DNA of 64,000 nucleotides from a virus. The stretch is from IMG/VR virus record IMGVR_UViG_3300045988_151198; one strand, written 5' to 3'. A model generated the notes under the pieces. The model did no database searches. It was given only the letters and a program-made list of their open reading frames with translations, and had not been told where the DNA came from. The position numbers and the translations under genes were made by a program. Positions 16,385 to 26,579 of this stretch are shown here, piece after piece (the first letter of the stretch is position 1; the number at the start of each line of letters is the position of its first letter).

Positions 16385-16924
16385 TTAAACAAGATCATTC
16401 AGATAGTCTTCGGTGGTCAGGATGACGTTCTTTAATTGATTTTTCTTGTAATCTTGCAGAGCTACGTATGCTAGAAGCAGAGCATCGGAACGGTTATGAT
16501 GCTTCTTTAGATTCAGAGGGGCGTCAGGGAACATCTCTCGGGCCATCGGGAGCGACGGTTTATCCTTCTTGTCCAATTTGATGAGGCCAAGCTCGCGTTG
16601 CCAGTATTGAGGAGGGACAAGAGAATACGGAATTTCGAGCGTCCGTAGAATACCCTGCCAAGTCCCAAAATTCTCTCCGAAGGAAAACGTGGAAACTACT
16701 CCCTGTTTCGGCATGGCATGGACTTTCTCAATGTAGGCGTGATTGACGTGTTTATTGAACTTGCGAAGAAATGAGATTGGGTGATTCGTAAAATCGCAGA
16801 TTGAACAAAATGATCCATCGTCAGAGATTATAGCTACGGCACCAGTTTTTCCGGGGTCGATGCCGATGAAATACGGTTTATTGAATTTTGATTTAGCCAT
16901 CGAATATTTACTCCTGTGTAACAT
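16385..16924 (-). CDS. RuvC-like Holliday-junction resolvase
   Basis: N-terminal YFIGIDPGKTGAVAIISDDG matches the RuvC/YqgF catalytic D-x-G motif. Confidence 0.6.
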   Translation of the reverse strand: MLHRSKYSMAKSKFNKPYFIGIDPGKTGAVAIISDDGSFCSICDFTNHPISFLRKFNKHVNHAYIEKVHAMPKQGVVSTFSFGENFGTWQGILRTLEIPYSLVPPQYWQRELGLIKLDKKDKPSLPMAREMFPDAPLNLKKHHNRSDALLLAYVALQDYKKNQLKNVILTTEDYLNDLV

Positions 16925-16994
16925 TTTATACTGTGTAGGTTTTTTGATTATCTGATGTGTGTAGCAGAAGAGTCGAAGGAAGTCAAGGATAGGG

Positions 16995-17425
16995 GGCGTA
17001 GATCACACCCGGATCACACGGATCTGAAATAACTAATTGAAATATATTGTAAAGATTGAAAATTGGTCTTTAAAATTGAACCTGAAAATCGTTCATATAA
17101 CTCACTAGAATATATTGTGATTTAAAAAATCGGGATCACACGGATCACACTCGATTCAATAGTTTCGATACTTTAGGCCCTTGTGATCCGGATGATCCTG
17201 ATCCGGGTACCTCCCAAGTCTTTTTATATACGATCACGGGTAGGGGTATAGAGGGTATGTTGCATATTTGAGACTGGTCATTTTTCTTCTTATGGACTTA
17301 TCTTCTATCTATCGGGATCACAAGGATCACATAAATATAAATATATAAAATAAAAGAATAAAAGTGTGATCCCGATTGTGATCCCGATCCAATTTGTGAT
17401 CCCGATATCGGGATCACACTCCTGT
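16995..17425. repeat. iteron array: at least 13 copies of the GGATCACA(C) / TGTGATCC(CGAT) core in both orientations, including three tandem TGTGATCCCGAT units plus an inverted copy; every unit contains GATC; candidate origin of replication
   Basis: Direct reading at 17001..17025, 17132..17155, 17182..17206, 17311..17332 and 17365..17422; ORF-free intergenic region. Confidence 0.65.
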
Positions 17426-17510
17426 TAAAATCCCATTTTTTGAAGCTCCTCTCCCAATCTGTGAGAAAGCTAAAAACTTAAAGTGTAACTCTAAGAATTT
17501 CTTTGTAATT

Positions 17511-17660
17511 GAAATAATTTGACTTTTTATTTACGGTTTAATTCGGAAAGTTTCTATTTAAAAATCTTTTAAAAGCCGAAATTTCTTATCGACCGATTTA
17601 ATTGACTTTTTTATTTTCCGTTTCTTTTAGTTTTAATTCGAAAAGTTTTCCGGTTTAAAA
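17511..17660. repeat. AT-rich region with two imperfect direct repeats of about 45 bp (TTGACTTTTTATTTACGGTTTAATTCGGAAAGTTTC...)
   Basis: Direct reading; adjacent to the iterons. Confidence 0.5.
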
Positions 17661-17690
17661 GAAACCAAAACTCTTTTAAATGGATCAGAA

Positions 17691-17763
17691 ACGGACGAAA
17701 AGAAGATCCGAATCTCTTTTGCCAGTCTGTTGGGCTCCGAGATTCGGATCTTCTTTTCGTCCG
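17691..17763. terminator. 25-bp perfect hairpin (ACGGACGAAAAGAAGATCCGAATCTC / GAGATTCGGATCTTCTTTTCGTCCG) 24 nt downstream of the primase-helicase stop codon
   Basis: Exact inverted repeat with a 22-nt loop. Confidence 0.5.
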
Positions 17764-17786
17764 AGTTTAGGTTTTGCGGGTGGGGA

Positions 17787-20405
17787 TTAATCTGTGCTCA
17801 ATTCGTCAAACTCGTTTTTTGGGATATTCAGATATTCACAGAACAAACCAATGCAATCGTCCAATTTCGGAAAGGCGTGTACTTTCATTCTTTCATTCCT
17901 GTTTGCAATTTGAAGAACCCTGAAAGTGTGATCTCCTAATCCAAAAATACGTTTTGTTTCGATACTGAATTTTTTTAAAGATACAATATCGTATGAGGAT
18001 GCTCTACTTCTAACCATTTCTTGTTTAAACTTTTCATGCGCCTTTCCAAGTGACAAATAGCTAGGCCAAGATGGGCAGTCTGAGTCCTCAAAAAGCTTTA
18101 CTGACTTTTCATCTTCGATTTCTTCCCTCGGGAATGCTCCCTCGGAAAGAATATCATACCACCATTTCTGCACACTACTCAAAGAAAGGAGTTTCTGTTC
18201 CATGAGAGCCTTCGTCTGGGGAGCCTCTCGGATATTCACTCCGCTAAAGTCATAATGTTTCAGATAGACGTAAAGGGCCTCGTCACCGCCATTCTCAAAT
18301 TCCTCATTAAGGTCTTTGAAGTATCCTTGAGTATCCTGTTTATGCTTCGAGGACACGTCGAGAACAAAGAATCTGCGGGCGTCCTTACCTGCGGGGATAA
18401 CCCAGTCCTCGTTAGAAGACATGATGAACCGGGAGCAGGAATGCACAGAGTATGATTCGAAGCCTTTCCTTTCGATCACCTGAGTACGTTCCGTGATCTG
18501 TGATTTAAGAATGCTTTCGTCCTGTTTGCTTCCGGCCCAGACAGCTTCGTCGAGATAGATAAGGACTTTCCCTTCGGTGGCTCCGTTGAAGTTCGAGAAG
18601 TAGTGTTGCCTATTCGCTACAGACAAGCCGTGCTTGCCCAACATGCTCATGAACGGAGATACGAAAGAGCCTTTACCAGTACCTTCCTCACCACGAAGCA
18701 CAACGGCTACGCCGGGCTTATCCTCCGGCTTTTGAATCATGTGCGCAAGCCAAGCCCACATATACCGTTGGTGATCTTCATTACCATCACAGATTACTTC
18801 ATTGACGTGGCTCCTAAACAACTTGCAGCGTTCAGTGGCCTCGGCAATTCCCATCTCCGAGTTTGCATATTTAAACCCGCGCCAGAGATTGTAGTACCCC
18901 TTGGGAGCCCCCTGCGGAGCAAATTCCACCCCACGATATTGACGGCGGTTCTTGCTTTCCATCCATGCTTTGAAGAGGGGTTTTTGCTTCACGTTCCCTT
19001 TTGCATCAAGAAACTCGAATGCGGGAAGGTTTGCGGAGAACTCTTCGGCGGCCCTAGGAGTAAGGAATTTGGATTCCCCGTCAGGATCTTCGTAAATGAT
19101 TGCCGATTTCCCTCCGATAAAAGTAAAAGCGAAAAGACCATTCATTTTCTTGATCAGAGGATGCACGTAGTCCTGATCGGAATCTTCTTCCTTTTCGGCG
19201 TTTTTAACAATATCGGATGATGAATCCTCCGAATTTCCGAAAGGTGATTCTCCGAAAGGATTATCCTCTACATTTGTCTGGGATTCCTTGTTCTCGGTTT
19301 TAGGTTCTTCCGTTCCATAGTCTTTCATAATCATCTCAAACATGCGTTCGGCATAGATTGGGCAGCTTCCACAGACCCTCGAACGCTCTTTTCCCAGAAT
19401 CGTAATCATCGCTCCGCAACCGAAATCGCACGGGGATTTCTCGTCAGTATCCCACACGCTTTCAAGATGGTGCGTTCTGTCCATAGCCGAAGTATAACCT
19501 TGAGACTCTTCGAAATTTTCGAGAAAGTCGACTACAAGAGGATGGTTAATGGCTTCCGACTTTGTGAATCCCGCAGATCTGAGAGCGGGAACGATGGCGG
19601 AGAAGCACATCTGATTGAAGGAATAGTCTCCAGTTTTCTTTGTAAGTCCAAGAATCGCCTTTAGGCAAGGAACGATTTCCTTGTCCTTAATATTAAGCGG
19701 GGCTTGCTTCCTTTCCGAGCGGGCTTTGATGGCTCCTACGACATTCGCTTCACATCTACGGAAAAGATCGCTCAGATAATCAATTCTAGCGGGTTTCTTT
19801 GCTTGTTCGTCAGGCTGAGGCGATAGGGCTTTGCTTTGAAAATACTCAATAGTATTATTGATAAGCTCATCCGCGCTAATACGGATTTTGTATCTGCCAT
19901 TGGAACGAAGCCTATTCGCAATTCGGAACATCTTTCCACGTTTCATAGCGAACATGGAATAGTCGAGAGTCTTATAGCCTTCCTCGCTAGGGAAAAGTTC
20001 AAGGCACACTTCTTTGTAAATCCAAGGAAGAACGCGATGTCCATTTTCCGCGCCAAAAGCCTCCGCAGGAACGACGATATGAAAACCCTTCTGCCCCGAA
20101 TAATAGATTCTAAGAGACTCCGAATCCAATCCCAAAAGAACCAATTTATTCAAAGCATTTACTGTATCGATACGGCTCTCCTCAGCATCTTTTGAGTCGA
20201 AATCGAGAGTCAAATCCCCATATCGTACTACAGCCAAATTAAGGATATCCTTATTTTCATCCTTATAATTGGGCTCCGTTTCAAAAGACATTGACGTAGA
20301 GAACATAGCGATATTCGGCACTTTGTCTATTTTACAAATCTTCCAAGCGCTTTCCCTTTCTTCAACTTTCCAATATACAAAGCGTTGCATATATGCCACC
20401 CTCAT
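17787..20405 (-). CDS. bifunctional DNA primase-helicase: AEP/Prim-Pol-like N-terminus, D5/P4-type SF3 helicase C-terminus
   Basis: AEP motif YYSGQKGFHIVVP near the N-terminus; Walker A VVLRGEEGTGKGSF in the C-terminal half; 872 aa; first start uncertain (possibly the Met 15 nt downstream). Confidence 0.8.
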   Translation of the reverse strand: MRVAYMQRFVYWKVEERESAWKICKIDKVPNIAMFSTSMSFETEPNYKDENKDILNLAVVRYGDLTLDFDSKDAEESRIDTVNALNKLVLLGLDSESLRIYYSGQKGFHIVVPAEAFGAENGHRVLPWIYKEVCLELFPSEEGYKTLDYSMFAMKRGKMFRIANRLRSNGRYKIRISADELINNTIEYFQSKALSPQPDEQAKKPARIDYLSDLFRRCEANVVGAIKARSERKQAPLNIKDKEIVPCLKAILGLTKKTGDYSFNQMCFSAIVPALRSAGFTKSEAINHPLVVDFLENFEESQGYTSAMDRTHHLESVWDTDEKSPCDFGCGAMITILGKERSRVCGSCPIYAERMFEMIMKDYGTEEPKTENKESQTNVEDNPFGESPFGNSEDSSSDIVKNAEKEEDSDQDYVHPLIKKMNGLFAFTFIGGKSAIIYEDPDGESKFLTPRAAEEFSANLPAFEFLDAKGNVKQKPLFKAWMESKNRRQYRGVEFAPQGAPKGYYNLWRGFKYANSEMGIAEATERCKLFRSHVNEVICDGNEDHQRYMWAWLAHMIQKPEDKPGVAVVLRGEEGTGKGSFVSPFMSMLGKHGLSVANRQHYFSNFNGATEGKVLIYLDEAVWAGSKQDESILKSQITERTQVIERKGFESYSVHSCSRFIMSSNEDWVIPAGKDARRFFVLDVSSKHKQDTQGYFKDLNEEFENGGDEALYVYLKHYDFSGVNIREAPQTKALMEQKLLSLSSVQKWWYDILSEGAFPREEIEDEKSVKLFEDSDCPSWPSYLSLGKAHEKFKQEMVRSRASSYDIVSLKKFSIETKRIFGLGDHTFRVLQIANRNERMKVHAFPKLDDCIGLFCEYLNIPKNEFDELSTD

Positions 20406-20416
20406 CTCCTTATTTT

Positions 20417-21643
20417 CTATTTATTTCTAGGCTTTACGATATGCACTTTTTCTTTTGCCCGAGTAATCGACGTATACATCCAGTGCTTTCTGTTTTGAAT
20501 ATCGTTTTTTCTCATTTCATCATCAAATATAATAACGTAAGGCCATTCGCTTCCTTGAGATGCGTGTGCGGTAATTGCATAGGCAAAGTCGACGACGATA
20601 GACCCCCACTTCGGCTTATTGTTTTCCGGAAGCTCAAAAGCCGCCCGAAGAAGGGAATCATTCACTTTTATAGTGTGATGCGTGTCTCCATCTTCCTTAT
20701 AGTCAAAATATAAAGTAATTTTATTTTGACTTTCGTGAGATCCTACAACACTTCCGATATCTCCATTGACCAATATCAGCTTATTATATTTTTTTGAAAC
20801 AGATTCCCGGATATTCTGCTTGACGATTATTTTATCGCCAACAACCGGAAATACTTGATTTTTTTCTTCCCGAAGCCAACGGTTGAGCTTCATCCGAGTA
20901 GAGTTCTGGCCCGTAATGACCTGATCCGCGATAGCATACTCTTCTTTAGGCAATCCATAGGAGAATCCTATTCCTTCGTTTTTCCAATATTCCCATCCTT
21001 TGAAGCCTCCCATACGAATTTCAGTGGCTAGGCGAGTAATCGGAGATTCCAATGCGGCACGATGCACCTCCGACAGGAACGCATCGAAATCCGAGGGATT
21101 GGAAGGAAGGACTTGAGCGGATTTTACAGGTTGCAGTTGGAAAGGGTCCCCAACAAGAATGAGTTTCTTGCAGATCTGTTTCAGGGCCTTAAACTCTTTA
21201 TACCCCAACATGGAGGATTCGTCAATGACAACAACCCTCGAAAAGAGTTCCGGGCACGGAGAATATGTGAACTCTATGCCTAAATTATTTTTTGCCTCCA
21301 GCAAATACGTGTATCTTACAATGTCTTGGTCTTCACCGGACTCATCAGCTATTTTTCTTGCTTCCTCCAGTTCTTCATCGCTGATTTCTCTAACGGAATA
21401 GAGCGCAGAATGCACCGTCTTTATGAGCGTACCCGCTGGCATTTTTCGAGAAAGTACTTGACAGGCTTTCCCCGTAGGAGCGAGCATGATCAATTCATCT
21501 TTATAGTATTCAGCCAAGGCATAAAGCAGCGTAGTCTTGCCCGTACCCGCACAGCCTCCTAGCATAAATGGCTCCCAATCTTTTTTATACCTAATGATTT
21601 TTTCAATTGCCTCATTTTGATGAGGAGTTAGGATGACTCCCAT
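20417..21643 (-). CDS. SF1 DNA helicase, Dda/RecD-like
   Basis: Walker A GGCAGTGKTT, motif II VVIDESSM, C-terminal helicase domain; RBS AAAGGAGGTTTTATAC. Confidence 0.75.
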   Translation of the reverse strand: MGVILTPHQNEAIEKIIRYKKDWEPFMLGGCAGTGKTTLLYALAEYYKDELIMLAPTGKACQVLSRKMPAGTLIKTVHSALYSVREISDEELEEARKIADESGEDQDIVRYTYLLEAKNNLGIEFTYSPCPELFSRVVVIDESSMLGYKEFKALKQICKKLILVGDPFQLQPVKSAQVLPSNPSDFDAFLSEVHRAALESPITRLATEIRMGGFKGWEYWKNEGIGFSYGLPKEEYAIADQVITGQNSTRMKLNRWLREEKNQVFPVVGDKIIVKQNIRESVSKKYNKLILVNGDIGSVVGSHESQNKITLYFDYKEDGDTHHTIKVNDSLLRAAFELPENNKPKWGSIVVDFAYAITAHASQGSEWPYVIIFDDEMRKNDIQNRKHWMYTSITRAKEKVHIVKPRNK

Positions 21644-21696
21644 GTATAAAACCTCCTTTGAAAAAAAAATACTTTGAAAAACATCCTATTTAAAAC

Positions 21697-21740
21697 ACAC
21701 AAAATCCGAAATACCCAAGAATGATAGATCGGATTTTGTG
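21697..21740 (-). terminator. hairpin (CACAAAATCCGA / TCGGATTTTGTG, 20-nt loop) followed on the minus strand by a U-rich tract
   Basis: Direct reading; downstream of the leftward ORF ending at 21764. Confidence 0.45.
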
Positions 21741-21763
21741 GGGAGTCAATAGAAAAATTTAAG

Positions 21764-21994
21764 TTATTCTTCGATATTAAGTTTTTTCTTTACAGTAAGA
21801 AGTACAGAACAGGCTTCATTAATCCACATTTTAAGATTATCGAGGTCTTGACGCATTTTTTGATTTTCCGTAAAAGCAGAATTGAGGGCAACTTCTTTAC
21901 TTTTAAGTTTTGCTTCCAATGCTGAATTAGTACGTTTGAGGTCTTCTACTTGTTTGTATAAATCTGATGAATCTTTAGAATTGAACAACCACAT
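21764..21994 (-). CDS. small coiled-coil protein (hypothetical)
   Basis: 76 aa with heptad-like K/E/L pattern. Confidence 0.35.
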   Translation of the reverse strand: MWLFNSKDSSDLYKQVEDLKRTNSALEAKLKSKEVALNSAFTENQKMRQDLDNLKMWINEACSVLLTVKKKLNIEE

Positions 21995-22015
21995 ACTTTA
22001 TTTCCTTTTTTATTA

Positions 22016-22234
22016 TTATTTTATAAGATACAGAGCGATTTGCCCCGCCTGATAGGGGATAAAAAAGCAAGTGCAAACCATAATGTAAAATACAATATTT
22101 TTTGTTTCCTCAGTGTCGTATTCTTCATCATATGCAAGATGAAAAGAAAGCGCATGAATGAGAAATCCCCAAATCACCGCCGAGCATATGAACAATATGT
22201 CGAAGAACCATTTTGTGGAAAACATAAATTCCAT
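22016..22234 (-). CDS. small two-TM membrane protein (hypothetical)
   Basis: 72 aa with two hydrophobic helices. Confidence 0.35.
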   Translation of the reverse strand: MEFMFSTKWFFDILFICSAVIWGFLIHALSFHLAYDEEYDTEETKNIVFYIMVCTCFFIPYQAGQIALYLIK

Positions 22235-22251
22235 AATATTACCTTTGCTTA

Positions 22252-22797
22252 TTAGATTTCATTTCCCCAACAATCCCAACCATTGTATTCCTGTCTAGCG
22301 AACAACTCTATTTTCCTACAATCCGGGCCGACAAGCTGTTCTATCCTGTGGCGGGCTTCATCTGGTTTTTTAGAGTGTTTCTCAATCTCAGACATTATGA
22401 CTTGATGTACTCCAGCGCAATTCCGAGCCATCTTGCCTTTTACTCCTATAAAGCAAGGCTCCGAATTTCCGCGAGTCCAATTGCCCAATCCGAAGAAAGG
22501 TTTTTTATTAATGCGATTCAGCTTAATCCACTGAAAACCGATTGTCTTATATTTGAATCCCCATTTTTCCATCAACCAAAGACCTTCCTTGATTAATGGA
22601 TATGTCATCCACATGAAAAGAACACAGTTGTCTTTACTAATGGATTCTACGGGAAGCTCCCCAATATCTTTTATGTTCATAGTAGAATAATGTTTTTCTG
22701 CCGAGCCATTAAGACCTTTATTGGAATAGCTCCAAGGTGGGTCCGCGTAAATGACATCGTATTTTTCAGGGCAATGCCGCAGGTCTTTTATAATCAT
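22252..22797 (-). CDS. DNA N6-adenine methyltransferase, MT-A70 family (phage Dam-like)
   Basis: Catalytic DPPW motif (DVIYADPPWSY) and MT-A70 downstream blocks; 181 aa. Confidence 0.8.
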   Translation of the reverse strand: MIIKDLRHCPEKYDVIYADPPWSYSNKGLNGSAEKHYSTMNIKDIGELPVESISKDNCVLFMWMTYPLIKEGLWLMEKWGFKYKTIGFQWIKLNRINKKPFFGLGNWTRGNSEPCFIGVKGKMARNCAGVHQVIMSEIEKHSKKPDEARHRIEQLVGPDCRKIELFARQEYNGWDCWGNEI

Positions 22798-22808
22798 GAA
22801 GCGTCCTA

Positions 22809-23126
22809 TTAAAGTGTTTCAAATTCAATTTCGGAATCATCGGTATTTTCAGTATCCTCAACGAAAGGCTCATATTCCCTACAAACAGAGCACACCTCGC
22901 CAGAAGTGATAGGCGCGATTACTTCATCTTCATTTTCAGGATTTTTGTAAACAAATCTTACGCATCGTACAACAAGCCTATTTTCATTTTCAGGAATATC
23001 CACATAGGCGCACTTACACGTTCCAATTTTTGAATCCATTTTTAAGAGCCTCCTCTTCCCATTCTTTTTCGAGTTTTTCTTTATTAGGTACAGGGATGAT
23101 AAAAACACAAATGATGACCGCAGCAA
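22809..23126 (-). CDS. hypothetical Cys-containing protein
   Basis: 105 aa; CKCAY...CVRFV...CSVCREYEP may form a zinc ribbon. Confidence 0.35.
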   Translation of the reverse strand: MLRSSFVFLSSLYLIKKNSKKNGKRRLLKMDSKIGTCKCAYVDIPENENRLVVRCVRFVYKNPENEDEVIAPITSGEVCSVCREYEPFVEDTENTDDSEIEFETL

Positions 23127-23180
23127 AAGAAATCAGGCCACCATACAAAAGTGTCATAATAGTTTCCATCTGTGTTCTCC

Positions 23181-23501
23181 TTACATATGAAACATAGATT
23201 TCAGTTTTTCGATAGTAGAGAGATATGGATTCTCTTCATCATCGATAGAGACATTTTCCGTTGGAGTAAGTTCATCTAAAAGAGACTTTAACTCCGAGCG
23301 GATAAGTTTTTCGCAATTTTGCATCGCTCTATATTTAGTTACATATCTTGAACTCGACAGAAATGTCCTACCAAATGCTGTAAATCCCCAATTTCCTTTG
23401 TCATCTTTAAAAACAGTTGCGCCCGGGTCTATTACGCTTTTCGTACAAAGGAGATATCTTTCTTGTTCGAGTGTCGATATATCTGCCCAATGATAATCCA
23501 T
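23181..23501 (-). CDS. hypothetical protein (106 aa)
   Basis: ORF with RBS GGAGGATGAATT. Confidence 0.4.
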   Translation of the reverse strand: MDYHWADISTLEQERYLLCTKSVIDPGATVFKDDKGNWGFTAFGRTFLSSSRYVTKYRAMQNCEKLIRSELKSLLDELTPTENVSIDDEENPYLSTIEKLKSMFHM

Positions 23502-23622
23502 AATTCATCCTCCTCAATTTTTTTCCCATACTATTTCACGAAGAAGTTTTTGTCAAGGGAAAAGTCTTGAATTTTTTGGTTGGATAGGTTACTTTGAAAA
23601 AATCACAGATTTGGAGGGAATT

Positions 23623-25224
23623 ATGAGGTTGAGGTATAACGGAAAACTTTTTCAAATACGGGCACATACACAGGAAGAACGGAGTGCCCTTAGTAAAATG
23701 AAACACGTAACATATAATAAGGAAGAAGATTGGTTCGAGACAAAGCTATTCAGGATTGCGAAGGAATTTATAGAAAGTTCTCACGATTACAGGACTAGAA
23801 GCACTCTTGAGAGTTTTTCAGAAAAATGGGATTTTTCTTGGGCCACAGCTCCGTCGAAAGGATTTTCCGTACCATCTAATGAAGGTTTGCAGTATTTAGA
23901 TTATCAGTTGGCAGGTATAGAATATATGATGAGGAACCCCGGAGTCTTACTTGCTGACGAACCGGGAACGGGGAAAACCATTCAGATTGCCGGATATCTG
24001 AACAGCCTTCCGGAAATAAAGAGAGCTTTAATTATATGTCCATCATCCCTCAGACTGAATTGGAAAAGGGAATTGGATAAATGGCTTGTCGATAAATCCC
24101 GTAAAGTAACTTTGGACCCTAAAGACGATGAGGCTTTCGCGCATATCGTAAGCTTTTCGAGTGTATGGAGGCCGAACGTATTTCCTTTCCTCGACAAGAG
24201 AAAATACGATGTTGTGGCTATTGACGAAGCCCATAATTGCAAGAATGACGAAGCGAAAAGGACTATTCAGTCGCTTTATCTCGCAAAAAAAGCATTTCGG
24301 AAAGTCTTGATGACCGGAACTCCTTTGGTGAATAGACCCATAGAATTATTCCCGCTTCTGAACTGTCTTGACGAAAAAAGATGGCCTAATAAATTCGCGT
24401 TTGCATTCGAGTATTGTTCCGCACATTATGAAGATATATACATATATGATAAGCAAAAAGGATGTGCGGTAAAAAAATCCGTACTCAATATGAGTGGAGC
24501 TAGCAATCTTCCATCATTATCCGAGAAGCTCCGTGGATCGATGATGATTCGAAGATTGAAATCAGATGTGCTTCCGCAGCTCCCCAAGAAAAGAAGACAA
24601 CTTATCGAAATACCTTTGGAGACGAAAGATTGTAAGGCAGCTATCAAAGAAGAAGCCAAACGATGGGCTAAATTATGTGATCTTTATGGATACGAAGAAT
24701 GCGTGCGCCAGATGGAGTTTGGTGAGGGAGTCGCGTTTACCGAGATGGCGGCAAAGCGCAAGGAAGTTGCATTGAGCAAAATACCATTTTGTGTAGAATA
24801 TTTAAAAGATTTGCTTGAGGGGGTTGACAAAGTCGTCGTTTTCGCGCATCATAGGGCTGTTGTTGATTTACTAACTGACGAGCTTAAAGAGTACAATCCC
24901 GTAAAAGTTGTAGGAGGAATGTCGGACAAACAAAAGCAGGAAAGTGTTGATTCATTTCAAGAAAATGATAATGTGCATCTTTTTATCGGAAATATCCAAG
25001 CTGCTGGTGTCGGATACACCTTGACAAAAAGTTCAATAGTGGTATTTGTAGAATTGGCATTTGTGCCCGGTCTTATGAGTCAAGCTGAGGATCGTTGTGT
25101 ACGAATCGGGGCTACAGCGGATTATGTGCTTGTTCAGCATTTAGTCTTAGAAAAATCCCTTGATAAAGAACTTTGTTCCATGCTTATTCATAAACAGGAA
25201 ATTGCAGATAAAATTTTAAATTAA
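23623..25224 (+). CDS. SNF2-family DNA/RNA helicase
   Basis: Motif I LLADEPGTGKT, motif II DEAHNCKN, C-terminal helicase domain with QAEDRCVRIG (motif VI); RBS GGAGGG before ATG 23623. Confidence 0.8.
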   Translation: MRLRYNGKLFQIRAHTQEERSALSKMKHVTYNKEEDWFETKLFRIAKEFIESSHDYRTRSTLESFSEKWDFSWATAPSKGFSVPSNEGLQYLDYQLAGIEYMMRNPGVLLADEPGTGKTIQIAGYLNSLPEIKRALIICPSSLRLNWKRELDKWLVDKSRKVTLDPKDDEAFAHIVSFSSVWRPNVFPFLDKRKYDVVAIDEAHNCKNDEAKRTIQSLYLAKKAFRKVLMTGTPLVNRPIELFPLLNCLDEKRWPNKFAFAFEYCSAHYEDIYIYDKQKGCAVKKSVLNMSGASNLPSLSEKLRGSMMIRRLKSDVLPQLPKKRRQLIEIPLETKDCKAAIKEEAKRWAKLCDLYGYEECVRQMEFGEGVAFTEMAAKRKEVALSKIPFCVEYLKDLLEGVDKVVVFAHHRAVVDLLTDELKEYNPVKVVGGMSDKQKQESVDSFQENDNVHLFIGNIQAAGVGYTLTKSSIVVFVELAFVPGLMSQAEDRCVRIGATADYVLVQHLVLEKSLDKELCSMLIHKQEIADKILN

Positions 25225-25238
25225 TAAATAGGGATAAT

Positions 25239-25736
25239 ATGAAGCTTAATTTTGATAGTATCGTAGGTGTGGAGATAGGTGAATTTCGTGATATCCTAAC
25301 CTCTGTTCTTGATGGAAATCCATGTTTTATGGAAGAGATTTCTTTGAAAGCTCGTAGGGAATTGGGGTTTGCATTAGTGAAAGAAGAAGATTGTCATGGC
25401 AGGTCATATCTTCCTCTTATTAAAAAGTACGTTAAACTTATTAAATGTCAAGAAAGCTCCGAATATGAAAGATTGGTTTTGCATGGCGCAAAATTTATGG
25501 GCCTTGAAAGAGAAATTGGTTCCTATGCCATGCGAAATAAGGAGGAACTTATTTTCAGAGATCCGAGTAAACTAGCCATAATTTCCGTTTATGTGAAAGA
25601 AGTTCTTATCCCTGAAATTTTAGATTCTTTGGAAAATATTCCTGTGGAGGAAAGAAAGTCTTTAGCTATTCTTATAAAAAGTATGTCGGAATCTGAGCTT
25701 GCAGACCTTATTTTTGAAAATTTTTTTAATAAATAA
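25239..25736 (+). CDS. hypothetical protein (165 aa)
   Basis: ORF only. Confidence 0.4.
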   Translation: MKLNFDSIVGVEIGEFRDILTSVLDGNPCFMEEISLKARRELGFALVKEEDCHGRSYLPLIKKYVKLIKCQESSEYERLVLHGAKFMGLEREIGSYAMRNKEELIFRDPSKLAIISVYVKEVLIPEILDSLENIPVEERKSLAILIKSMSESELADLIFENFFNK

Positions 25737-25755
25737 TTAAAGGAGAGAGAACTTA

Positions 25756-26559
25756 ATGTGGGCATCTGATAATATCCGAGTAAATGTGGAAGGTTCCCCC
25801 GAAGCGGTTGCCGAGTTTTTCTTGCGTCTTGGAGGAATGAAGTCCGGATTTAATGAAGCAGTAGAATCGCCTATTTCTTCCGAGCCACATAAACACGAAT
25901 CAGTGGTAAAAAAGATTGATACGAAAGATGAAAAGAACACGTCTTCCATCGAAGATAAGCCCGTTGAAAATGAAGAAGAGGCACCTGACGTAGAAAACAA
26001 GCCTACGAATAGTGACGAAGAACGTGAGCATTTGAAGTCTATTCTTACCGAACGTGGCATCGAGTTTTCTCCTCGTGCACGTCTTGCCACATTGAAGAAG
26101 CTCGTAGAAGATTCCGATAATACTGTCGAAGAAACCGCCAAAGAACCTGAACCCGAAATTATCGAAAATGACGATGTTCCTCCTGTCATGGAAGACCCTG
26201 CGGCGACTATTTTGCAGAAGACCGGGCAGGAAGAATATAACGGCGGTGAAGGTGTGTCCTCCGAGGAAGAGGATTATGGGGACGTTCCTTCCGAACCGCT
26301 CAAGTTTGAGGAAGAACCTGAAAGAACTTATACTCCGGCAGAATTTCTGGATGAGTGCAAGCGGTATTGCAGTCGGGTAATGCGGACTGGCAGAGATCTT
26401 GATACGTCTCATAGAATGCTTGCCGATATTCTTCAAAATGTGACGGGTGTAACTCGCAAAGTCATTGAAGTGGAGGAGAAATATTACAATACGATTGTGA
26501 CGAAACTTCATAATCATATAGACCTTTTGCGAGAAGATCACAATTCAACCAATGAATAA
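25756..26559 (+). CDS. highly acidic, probably disordered protein (hypothetical)
   Basis: 267 aa, E/D/P-rich; GA-rich coding sequence. Confidence 0.4.
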   Translation: MWASDNIRVNVEGSPEAVAEFFLRLGGMKSGFNEAVESPISSEPHKHESVVKKIDTKDEKNTSSIEDKPVENEEEAPDVENKPTNSDEEREHLKSILTERGIEFSPRARLATLKKLVEDSDNTVEETAKEPEPEIIENDDVPPVMEDPAATILQKTGQEEYNGGEGVSSEEEDYGDVPSEPLKFEEEPERTYTPAEFLDECKRYCSRVMRTGRDLDTSHRMLADILQNVTGVTRKVIEVEEKYYNTIVTKLHNHIDLLREDHNSTNE

Positions 26560-26579
26560 AGAAATGAAAGGTAAGTGTA

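Noticed and set aside
16995-17425. Possible CRISPR array (short repeats recurring in an intergenic region)
   Set aside because: The units are 8 to 12 bp, irregularly spaced and present in both orientations, with no constant-length spacers and no cas genes. They fit iterons, not CRISPR.
25900-26541. 213-aa minus-strand ORF
   Set aside because: It is antisense to the GA-rich acidic protein gene. The composition-driven open frame has no RBS.
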